32,000 nucleotides of DNA from Candidatus Methylomirabilis oxygeniifera. Its GTDB lineage: Bacteria; Methylomirabilota; Methylomirabilia; Methylomirabilales; Methylomirabilaceae. Of the stretch, positions 1 to 6,244 are shown one piece after another. The notes below the pieces were generated by a model. That model saw only the letters and a list, made by a program, of their open reading frames with translations. It did not search any database and was not told the origin of the DNA. The position numbers and the translations under genes are program-made. How positions within the stretch are numbered: the stretch's first letter is position 1; each line of letters starts with the position of its first letter. The stretch covers positions 2,340,001 through 2,372,000 of the forward strand of contig FP565575.1 in NCBI GenBank assembly GCA_000091165.1, written 5' to 3'.

Positions 1-526
1 CCTCTGCCGCGTGGATCTCCCAATCGACGCCGCCAGGCTCAGGTTGACAGATGCGGCAGGTGGTAAATGTACCATCGACCAGCCGATACCTGCGATCCCC
101 TTCCTTATGGACCTCGACGCCCTGAAAGACGGTCGCAGGGGGGATCGCGCCTTTGGCCTGATACATGACACCGGTATTGGTGCGATAGCGGTATTCCAGT
201 CGATCGCCGTCCAGACGGCTTGCGCCGTCGATGAGTTGAACCCTTCCCCTAGCCCGGATGATCTCCTGAACCTCATCCACCTCGACCTCATCGGCATGGA
301 GGATGCGGTTCTCCATCAGGATTCGGACGTCGCCTCGCGCGATGGCAACCTTGTCGCGCTCACGGCGCTCAATCTCATTCGCCTCGATCCGAACAGCCGA
401 TTTGAGCTCATCGATTTTACCGAGAAGGCCCCGGGATTCCGCATCCTGCGCCAGGACTGCCGGCGTGAACCATGGCGAGGCAAGGAAGAAAAACGCCAAC
501 AACACAGGCAAGAGGTAGCGTGGCAT
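1..526 (-). CDS. lptD: LPS-assembly protein LptD, N-terminal part (gene start inside the window, rest runs off the left edge)
   Basis: Absent from the ORF track because it is open at the window edge. The reverse-strand ATG at 526 gives MPRYLLPVLLAFFFLASPWFTPAVLAQD (signal peptide), then ARGDVRILMENRILHADEVEVD and GTFTTCRICQPEPGGVDWEIHAAE. This is an OstA-like N-domain with the FTTC..P.W.I.A motif typical of LptD. The + ORF 11..565 is its antisense shadow. Confidence 0.75.
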   Translation of the reverse strand, partial: MPRYLLPVLLAFFFLASPWFTPAVLAQDAESRGLLGKIDELKSAVRIEANEIERRERDKVAIARGDVRILMENRILHADEVEVDEVQEIIRARGRVQLIDGASRLDGDRLEYRYRTNTGVMYQAKGAIPPATVFQGVEVHKEGDRRYRLVDGTFTTCRICQPEPGGVDWEIHAAE

Positions 527-693
527 CAACAAAGACCTCGTGAGGACGCTAACAGACCTTTGTAGAGGCAGGGCGTACCCTACCCGGAACGGGCGCGCGG
601 CAAGCGGCGCCCCTATCGCGCATCACTGCAGTGCAAGGTGCCCCCGCCTTATATCAGAGAGCCCCACCTAAGGCAAGAAGTTTTGTGCCGACG

Positions 694-999
694 TCACCGC
701 GCCCTGATAATCACCGCACTGATCCGGTCGATACCGACAAAGGCATCAAAGAAATCTCTTTTTGCAAGTTTCGAAAGATGAACCAGATGTTCGCCAACCA
801 CAGACACCGTCCCTTCTATTTCTTCGCTGGACTCCAGCCGCAATACCACCCGTTTGCCGATAGCATCCGTGAGAAGAGCCCTCATGGTTGTCGTGGACTT
901 CAAATCGTACCTGGCCTCTTCCGCCGCTACGATCGGGGCGGACATCACCATAAGTCCCGCCGCAAACATGACAGCGCGCACGATCCCTTGCACCTTCAT
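694..999 (-). CDS. small secreted hypothetical protein (about 101 aa)
   Basis: ORF 694..1032. An internal ATG at 999 is preceded by GAGGAG and gives MKVQGIVRAVMFAAGLMVMSAPIVAAEE, a signal-peptide-like N-terminus. No family recognised. Confidence 0.5.
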   Translation of the reverse strand: MKVQGIVRAVMFAAGLMVMSAPIVAAEEARYDLKSTTTMRALLTDAIGKRVVLRLESSEEIEGTVSVVGEHLVHLSKLAKRDFFDAFVGIDRISAVIIRAR

Positions 1000-1180
1000 G
1001 ACCTTTATCTCCTCGTGATAGGTTTGTGACAACCGCCGGATCCCCTCAGTTAAGAAGGTGAGTTATTGGGTAACGTGAACTCACCCCTGCAGCGTCTGCA
1101 GCAATGCGGTCGAAGCCGGAAATCGTTTCGAGCGGGCGCAGATCCTAGGGATAGATAGTACCGATAATGCCGTCAAGCAC

Positions 1181-1211
1181 GTTGCAATCTACGCCCCCGC
1201 GCGGGGGTGAC
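1181..1211 (-). repeat. solitary CRISPR repeat, second family (copy a)
   Basis: + strand GTTGCAATCTACGCCCCCGCGCGGGGGTGAC. It differs at 3 of 31 positions from the copy at 2078-2108. The reverse complement ends in ..ATTGCAAC. Strand is inferred from the 3' tag. Confidence 0.7.
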
Positions 1212-1239
1212 ACAGGGGGGATTTGCGGCCGAAAGAGAC

Positions 1240-1677
1240 TCATGGGAGTGACCTCGGCCACACAGTCAGGCCAGTTGCCTGTGCGGCGTTCCAGAGTTGC
1301 CGGTCGTAGGTCGCCACCGTAACCGACTCGCCCAGCATATCCCGCCAGAACAAAGCCGACGCCAAGTGAGTCGCATCGTAGCCGCGTAGGCTATAATCCC
1401 AAGCAAGAGATGCGGCACGGGACACGAGAACCTCGGTCATCTGGAGGCGGATAAGGCTTTCCCACTCACCACTGAAGAACTGCAGCGCGGAAACTCCTTC
1501 CTCGCGCGTCAACAGCGCCATGCGGACGGCCTTGGCCATCGCTGCGGCCACTTCCGCCCGGCTGATGATCGCCGTGCCGACCACCGCGGCCTGATCAATG
1601 AGTTCTCCAACCTCGGCAGAATCCGCCTCTGCCACGTACCGCTTGACAAGCGCGCTAGCGTCGAGATAGGCAATCAC
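1240..1677 (-). CDS. vapC: PIN-domain toxin VapC
   Basis: MIAYLDASALVKRYVAE... is a typical PIN N-terminus with an acidic residue, and ..ATYDRQL lies near the C-terminus. Its start overlaps the upstream antitoxin stop by 4 nt. Confidence 0.85.
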   Translation of the reverse strand: MIAYLDASALVKRYVAEADSAEVGELIDQAAVVGTAIISRAEVAAAMAKAVRMALLTREEGVSALQFFSGEWESLIRLQMTEVLVSRAASLAWDYSLRGYDATHLASALFWRDMLGESVTVATYDRQLWNAAQATGLTVWPRSLP

Positions 1678-1961
1678 TCGCGGTCCTCAATCAGCAGATC
1701 GGCCACGGTGCGCTTTCCTCGGACCCGGGCCACGGGCGCCAAGGATGTCAGTTTGCGCTTATTCCAGAGCACGAGGCCCGACTGGGCCAGAGCTTCGATG
1801 CGGTCTTCAATCGGCAGAATTGTCGGTACGATCCGGCCTATCGGCGTCCCCCGATCGGCGATCTCTACCGACTCTCCGGCCTTGACCAGCCGCAGGTAGT
1901 GGCTCAGCCTGCTCTTGAGTTCGCGTATGCTGACTCTCGTGCACTTCGTCACTCCTTCCAC
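1674..1961 (-). CDS. Phd/YefM-type antitoxin partner of VapC
   Basis: 95 aa, with VSIRELKSRLSHYLRLVKAGESVEIADRGTPIGRIVP (prevent-host-death-like fold). GTG start at 1961 with AAGGGGG 8 nt upstream. Translationally coupled to vapC. Confidence 0.75.
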   Translation of the reverse strand: MEGVTKCTRVSIRELKSRLSHYLRLVKAGESVEIADRGTPIGRIVPTILPIEDRIEALAQSGLVLWNKRKLTSLAPVARVRGKRTVADLLIEDRE

Positions 1962-1989
1962 AACGTCACCCCCTTTATCGTGATCTCAT

Positions 1990-2018
1990 TATATAACAGT
2001 GTAGTCACATGATGTCAA
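1990..2018 (-). promoter_or_regulatory. putative sigma70 promoter of the Phd-VapC cassette
   Basis: Minus strand reads TTGACA (2018-2013), a 17-nt spacer, then TATATA (1995-1990). Confidence 0.5.
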
Positions 2019-2077
2019 ATCTATGGAAGTCCCCTGACCAACCCATCATCCCTACTAAAAGGGGCAGCGACCGTCCG

Positions 2078-2108
2078 GTTTCAATCCACGCCCCCGCGCG
2101 GGGGCGAC
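2078..2108 (-). repeat. solitary CRISPR repeat, second family (copy b, best consensus)
   Basis: + strand GTTTCAATCCACGCCCCCGCGCGGGGGCGAC. Reverse complement is GTCGCCCCCGCGCGGGGGCGTGGATTGAAAC, a GC-rich hairpin plus ATTGAAAC 3' tag as in I-C/I-G-type repeats. Confidence 0.8.
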
Positions 2109-2132
2109 TTCCTGGTGGAGGGTCCGAGGACA

Positions 2133-2161
2133 TTGCATACGAATTGGGTATATGTTAGAAT
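2133..2161 (+). promoter_or_regulatory. putative sigma70 promoter of the AbrB-VapC cassette
   Basis: TTGCAT (2133-2138), a 17-nt spacer, then TAGAAT (2156-2161). Confidence 0.5.
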
Positions 2162-2184
2162 TTTATGAAAATGGAGGAATTACG

Positions 2185-2436
2185 ATGCCTATTACCCATC
2201 TCTCTGAAAAGGGGCAGGTTCTCATTCCCAAGGCGCTTCGCCGCAAGTTCGGCTTGAAGCCGGGCGCGAAGATTCAGTTGGCCGAGGAAGCGGGGCGGCT
2301 GATCCTCTCGCCGGTTCCGCCTGATCCAATCGCCGCCGCTACGGGCTCTCTCGAGGGGGAGTTCTCGCTGACGGCCGATCTCCGCCGCGACCATCAGGAA
2401 GAAATACACCGTGAGCGAAAAGCTCGTACTCGATAG
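2185..2436 (+). CDS. AbrB/MazE/SpoVT-family antitoxin
   Basis: ATG at 2185 preceded by GGAGG. MPITHLSEKGQVLIPKALRRKFGLKPGAKIQL is a swapped-hairpin (SpoVT/AbrB) signature. It overlaps the toxin start. Confidence 0.8.
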   Translation: MPITHLSEKGQVLIPKALRRKFGLKPGAKIQLAEEAGRLILSPVPPDPIAAATGSLEGEFSLTADLRRDHQEEIHRERKARTR

Positions 2437-2818
2437 CTTCGCGCTCGTTGCGCTGTTTCACAAAGAACCGGGCTGGCAGGGCGTACAAATGGCCCTCTAC
2501 GAGCAGGAGAAAGCCCACTCGCGGGCGTTCCTCAACTGGATCAACTGGGGAGAATTCTTCTACGTCGTCAAGCGCCGAGTCGGAGCGGCCAGGGCGGAGG
2601 AGGCTCTGCGCCGGCTGGAGCAGTTGCCACTGGAACTGGTACCCCTGGACCTCCCCCTGGTACGGGCAGCGGCCGAGATTAAAAGCGAGTACACCGTGTC
2701 GTATGCCGACGCCTTCTGTGTGGCGACGGCCCAGCGGGCTAACGCGACCATCCTCACCAGCGATCAGGAGTTCCGGGCCGTCGAGCACCTCATCAAGATC
2801 CGCTGGCTTACCGGATAA
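2411..2818 (+). CDS. vapC: PIN-domain toxin VapC
   Basis: GTG start. KLVLDSFALVALF... and ..SYADAFCVATAQRANATILTSDQEF are PIN acidic-residue motifs. Confidence 0.85.
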   Translation: MSEKLVLDSFALVALFHKEPGWQGVQMALYEQEKAHSRAFLNWINWGEFFYVVKRRVGAARAEEALRRLEQLPLELVPLDLPLVRAAAEIKSEYTVSYADAFCVATAQRANATILTSDQEFRAVEHLIKIRWLTG

Positions 2819-2894
2819 CTGCACCATCACGCCTCACTCGTCGCTTGTCATCGCCTCACACCGCTACTGCGATCAGACCGGATTGGCGTTGACC

Positions 2895-2926
2895 GTTCCA
2901 ATCCACGCCCCTGCCCGCAGGACGAC
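2895..2926 (-). repeat. solitary CRISPR repeat, second family (copy c, diverged)
   Basis: + strand GTTCCAATCCACGCCCCTGCCCGCAGGACGAC. It keeps the TTCAATCCACGCCCC core and the GAC end. Confidence 0.65.
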
Positions 2927-2999
2927 CCTTGATAACAAGGCTACCTACGTAGAAGTCTAGTTATTGCACCATGTCGCCAAATCAAGTCGACCAAGCGAT

Positions 3000-3028
3000 T
3001 TGACGCTGGACAGGGATGGTACTACACT
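3000..3028 (+). promoter_or_regulatory. putative sigma70 promoter of the antitoxin-Doc cassette
   Basis: TTGACG (3000-3005), a 17-nt spacer, then TACACT (3023-3028). Confidence 0.5.
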
Positions 3029-3065
3029 GTGAGTACGTTAAGATATCATGAGAGGAGGAATCGCG

Positions 3066-3293
3066 ATGGTGAAGCACCTGACCAAGCATGGCAACAGCCT
3101 AGCCCTCGTCATCGATCGTGGAGTATTGGACCTGCTTGAGATCAACGCCGATACCCCCCTTTCAGTGACAACCGACGGCAAGTGCCTGATCGTCACCCCG
3201 GTGCGAGACCCGGAGCGGGAAAAACGATTTCGCGCCGCACTGCAGAAGATCAACACGCGCTACGGCAAGGCTCTCAAACATCTGGCGGATTAG
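3066..3293 (+). CDS. AbrB/MazE-type antitoxin paired with Doc
   Basis: ATG at 3066 preceded by AGGAGG. MVKHLTKHGNSLALVIDRGVLDLLEI is a MazE/AbrB-like fold. Its stop lies 3 nt before the doc start. Confidence 0.8.
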   Translation: MVKHLTKHGNSLALVIDRGVLDLLEINADTPLSVTTDGKCLIVTPVRDPEREKRFRAALQKINTRYGKALKHLAD

Positions 3294-3296
3294 CGC

Positions 3297-3683
3297 ATGG
3301 CGCCTGTATTCCTCAGTCTTGATGAGGTTACCGAGATTCATCGGGAGATGATCGAACGGTATGGCGGAAGCGCCGGCATCCGGGACATGGGCCTGTTACA
3401 GTCGGCCGTTGCCATGCCTCAGGCAAGTTTTGGTGGTCAGTTCCTGCATGCTGATCTTTTCGAGATGGCCGCCGCCTACCTATTCCATCTCGTACAAAAC
3501 CACCCATTTATCGATGGCAACAAGCGCGTCGGTACCGCGGCGGCGATGGTCTTTCTCGAATTGAATGGGGTCGAGGTGAAGGTCTCCAACGCATTATTGG
3601 CCGCGACTGTCCTGGACCTCGCGCAAGGGAAGATCGCAAAAGCCACGATCGCCGAGTTCCTCAAAACGCACTCCCGCCCTTAG
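3297..3683 (+). CDS. doc: death-on-curing (Doc, Fic-fold) toxin
   Basis: Contains the Doc/Fic motif HPFIDGNKRVGTAAA and an N-terminal LSLDEVTEIHREMIERYGG. Confidence 0.9.
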   Translation: MAPVFLSLDEVTEIHREMIERYGGSAGIRDMGLLQSAVAMPQASFGGQFLHADLFEMAAAYLFHLVQNHPFIDGNKRVGTAAAMVFLELNGVEVKVSNALLAATVLDLAQGKIAKATIAEFLKTHSRP

Positions 3684-3734
3684 CGTCACGCCGACGCGAC
3701 TCCAAGGCGGACGTAGCCGGTCAGTTCATTCAAG

Positions 3735-3763
3735 GTTTCAATCCAGCCCCCGCGCGGGGCGAC
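3735..3763 (-). repeat. solitary CRISPR repeat, second family (copy d)
   Basis: + strand GTTTCAATCCAGCCCCCGCGCGGGGCGAC. It is 29 nt, with two single-base deletions relative to copy b. Confidence 0.7.
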
Positions 3764-3802
3764 GGGTCGCTTCCTAACCGTACGGTGTCCTTGGACCATA
3801 GC

Positions 3803-3830
3803 GATCAGCAATCAGCCGTCAGCTTCAGAG
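3803..3830 (+). repeat. tandem heptanucleotide repeats (NNTCAGC x4)
   Basis: GATCAGC AATCAGC CGTCAGC TTCAGAG. The same family occurs at 25117-25149, 25303-25344 and 27341-27367. Confidence 0.6.
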
Positions 3831-3848
3831 ACATCCCCCTTCGAGTCC

Positions 3849-3869
3849 CCCCCCTTTGATAAAGGGGGG
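3849..3869. other. perfect 9-bp palindrome/hairpin
   Basis: CCCCCCTTT GAT AAAGGGGGG. No adjacent T-run on either strand, so it is not a canonical intrinsic terminator. Confidence 0.4.
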
Positions 3870-3967
3870 TGCAGGGGGTTTCATGATGCCCGGGTGGCCC
3901 TGAGGCTCTGATTATTCTTGAGATGACACCATGCCGGCGATCGTGTGCCACGGGGAGGCCTGCGTGT

Positions 3968-3997
3968 GTTACTCCACGCCCCCGCGCGGGAGGCGGC
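3968..3997 (-). repeat. solitary CRISPR repeat, second family (copy e, degenerate), in the terminal-repeat position of the I-G array
   Basis: + strand GTTACTCCACGCCCCCGCGCGGGAGGCGGC. It keeps the CCACGCCCCCGCGCGGG core. It lies exactly 36 nt (3998-4033) from the first I-G repeat. Confidence 0.6.
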
Positions 3998-4033
3998 TCC
4001 CTCGCTTGGCAATGGCGGGCGCCGGGTGGCCTC

Positions 4034-5743
4034 GCTTCAATGGGGCCACGGCTCTGAGGCCGTGGAAACCTCGATCACAGCACCCGCAGTCGCCCTCTTT
4101 TACGACCTTCAATGGGGCCACGGCTCTGAGGCCGTGGAAACGCATCGGCGTAATCTCGCCATGCGCCGCCATGAGCGCCCTTCAATGGGGCCACGGCTCT
4201 GAGGCCGTGGAAACCGAGGATGTTGCCCCACCGCATCGCCTCGTTTTCATCCTTCAATGGGGCCACGGCTCTGAGGCCGTGGAAACGTTTGGGTGGGTCG
4301 AGGACTTTGAGGGATTTCTCAGCCTTCAATGGGGCCACGGCTCTGAGGCCGTGGAAACGCATGGGCTTGGCGTCACGCGCAGCCGCCCCTTGTTCCCTTC
4401 AATGGGGCCACGGCTCTGAGGCCGTGGAAACGCCGGGTCGAAGCGCATGATCATCGCGGGGACGATTGCCTTCAATGGGGCCACGGCTCTGAGGCCGTGG
4501 AAACACATATGGAGTCCGCATGGTTGATTCAACTCGGAGCACCTTCAATGGGGCCACGGCTCTGAGGCCGTGGAAACCATCTAAATACTGGCATCCTCGC
4601 TGTCGGATCTCAATCCTTCAATGGGGCCACGGCTCTGAGGCCGTGGAAACTCCGATTGGGGCGGTCTATCCGTGCCGCAAAAGGACTACCTTCAATGGGG
4701 CCACGGCTCTGAGGCCGTGGAAACTGAAACGACTCAATCTACTTATCGGTGCGGCAAAAGCCCTTCAATGGGGCCACGGCTCTGAGGCCGTGGAAACCAC
4801 GTATGAGGTGGACAGCACGGCCTGGTTCCATGCCCTTCAATGGGGCCACGGCTCTGAGGCCGTGGAAACCGCTTAGCCTCACCTACTGCACGTACCATAT
4901 CGATAACCTTCAATGGGGCCACGGCTCTGAGGCCGTGGAAACCTCATGCTTCTCGACCAGCCCGGCCCAATCCGGCTCTACCTTCAATGGGGCCACGGCT
5001 CTGAGGCCGTGGAAACCTCGCTCGATCCGTTGAAGCGTGCCGAGATTCTTCACCTTCAATGGGGCCACGGCTCTGAGGCCGTGGAAACTGAAGACTGACC
5101 TCGAGGTGTTGGTGAACGGCGTCGTCCTTCAATGGGGCCACGGCTCTGAGGCCGTGGAAACGTGAGCGCCTTGCCAAATGTGAGGGCAAGTACCTCAGCC
5201 TTCAATGGGGCCACGGCTCTGAGGCCGTGGAAACGGATATTGAGATAGCGGTAGGCAAAGGCTGAGGCCGACCTTCAATGGGGCCACGGCTCTGAGGCCG
5301 TGGAAACTCTGCATCTGATATGTCTGCGATGTTGAATACGACTCCTTCAATGGGGCCACGGCTCTGAGGCCGTGGAAACCTCCGTCGCGCGCTGCTCGTG
5401 TATACCCGAATATCCACCTTCAATGGGGCCACGGCTCTGAGGCCGTGGAAACCTGTAGAGTTGATCGAGGACACTCCGGCGAGGTTTTTCCTTCAATGGG
5501 GCCACGGCTCTGAGGCCGTGGAAACACCGGCTCAGCAACACGCCAACCGCAGAATTAACGCTCCTTCAATGGGGCCACGGCTCTGAGGCCGTGGAAACAA
5601 CGAGCTTATCGGGAGATAATCTAATGACAGAGACGCCTTCAATGGGGCCACGGCTCTGAGGCCGTGGAAACTATGCTTTCCCAGTGTTCTCCCCGATGCA
5701 CGTATACCCTTCAATGGGGCCACGGCTCTGAGGCCGTGGAAAC
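4034..5743 (-). CRISPR. CRISPR array: 24 repeats of 36 nt, 23 unique spacers of 36-38 nt
   Basis: + strand repeat CCTTCAATGGGGCCACGGCTCTGAGGCCGTGGAAAC. Repeat starts: 4034, 4106, 4179, 4251, 4323, 4396, 4469, 4542, 4615, 4689, 4762, 4834, 4907, 4981, 5053, 5126, 5199, 5272, 5344, 5417, 5490, 5563, 5636, 5708. All copies are identical except the first base of the 4034 copy (G for C). The internal 7-bp stem is CCACGGC/GCCGTGG. Minus orientation is inferred from three points: the reverse complement ends CCCCATTGAAGG, the leader and cas2 lie at the 5744+ side, and the only variant repeat is at the far end. Confidence 0.97.
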
Positions 5744-5950
5744 CGACATAGTATCCGGCACCGAAAAATCGCGGGGTTACATCAGCGGTTGCGAGAGGTT
5801 CCGCCACACCCCGCTCCACTGCCCTCCTCGACAGCACATTCATAGTCGCCGCATCACAGAAAAGGGCCGAATTTTCAAATACCTTAGCCACCTTCGAGTG
5901 CTCCTGCCTATTCGGTTGTCAAAGAACCGCTCGCAACTCTACCGGCAAGC
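5744..5950 (-). promoter_or_regulatory. CRISPR leader (between cas2 stop and first repeat)
   Basis: 207 nt noncoding and locally AT-richer (e.g. AAAAGGGCCGAATTTTCAAATACC). It sits between cas2 and the array, the usual leader location. Only weak -35/-10 candidates are visible. Confidence 0.65.
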
Positions 5951-6241
5951 TTACACCACCATTGACTCACGCCCGACTACCTCCATCGGGCGACCAATCG
6001 CCTGGATTTCCTTCACCTCCCTTCCTTCAGTGGGACCCAGATCAATGAAGACTACCTGATCCTCCTCATGATTGATGATCGCGCTCAGCGCCGCTACCAT
6101 CCTCACCTTCTGCGCCGGCGTCAGATCACACTGGAACACCGACAACTGTAGGTGCTCACCGAAGCCCCGCATGGTTTTGTAGACCTTGGCCCAGCGCACG
6201 CGGTCGGAGATGTCGTAGCTGACGATGAACAGATGGCGCAT
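5951..6241 (-). CDS. cas2: CRISPR-associated endoribonuclease Cas2
   Basis: 96 aa, MRHLFIVSYDISDRVRWAKVYKTMRGFGEHLQLSVFQCDL (Cas2 ferredoxin fold with N-terminal catalytic Asp). Starts 3 nt after the cas4-cas1 stop. Confidence 0.92.
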   Translation of the reverse strand: MRHLFIVSYDISDRVRWAKVYKTMRGFGEHLQLSVFQCDLTPAQKVRMVAALSAIINHEEDQVVFIDLGPTEGREVKEIQAIGRPMEVVGRESMVV

Positions 6242-6244
6242 CGT

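Noticed and set aside
600-615. 16-nt identity GCAAGCGGCGCCCCTA with 17710-17725
   Set aside because: It is only marginally unexpected (about 0.1-0.2 chance matches at this length, more at 60% GC). It is mentioned under the 17417-17804 finding but not treated as a feature.
11-1029. + strand ORFs 11..565 (184 aa), 303..518 and 631..1029
   Set aside because: They are antisense shadows of lptD (open at the window edge, so missing from the track) and of the small secreted protein gene.
1138-1150. 13-nt inverted match GCAGATCCTAGGG versus 17721-17733 as possible island-terminal inverted repeats
   Set aside because: Several 13-mer matches are expected by chance in 32 kb. The match contains the trivial palindromes GATC and CCTAGG, and the flanks do not extend it.
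3890-3899. 10-nt match CCGGGTGGCC between the trailer and the 3' end of the pseudo-spacer (4022-4031) as a CreA-like seed/target pair
   Set aside because: Ten GC-rich nucleotides are too short to carry weight, no toxin-like gene or promoter lies next to the putative target, and a decayed duplication explains it more simply.
1181-3997. Integron cassette array with attC sites
   Set aside because: The repeats lack the attC R''/L''-L'/R' structure and the GTTRRRY core. There is no intI and no Pc-type single promoter, since each cassette has its own promoter and one is inverted. The repeat has CRISPR-type architecture (GC hairpin plus ATTGAAAC), so only the cassette logic is integron-like.
3931-5891. 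About 15 ORFs on both strands across the array, with recurring peptides (FNGATALRPWK, LQWGHGSEAVET, FHGLRAVAPLK, FPRPQSRGPIEG)
   Set aside because: They are translations of the 36-nt CRISPR repeat in different frames. The periodicity equals repeat plus spacer, so they are not genes.
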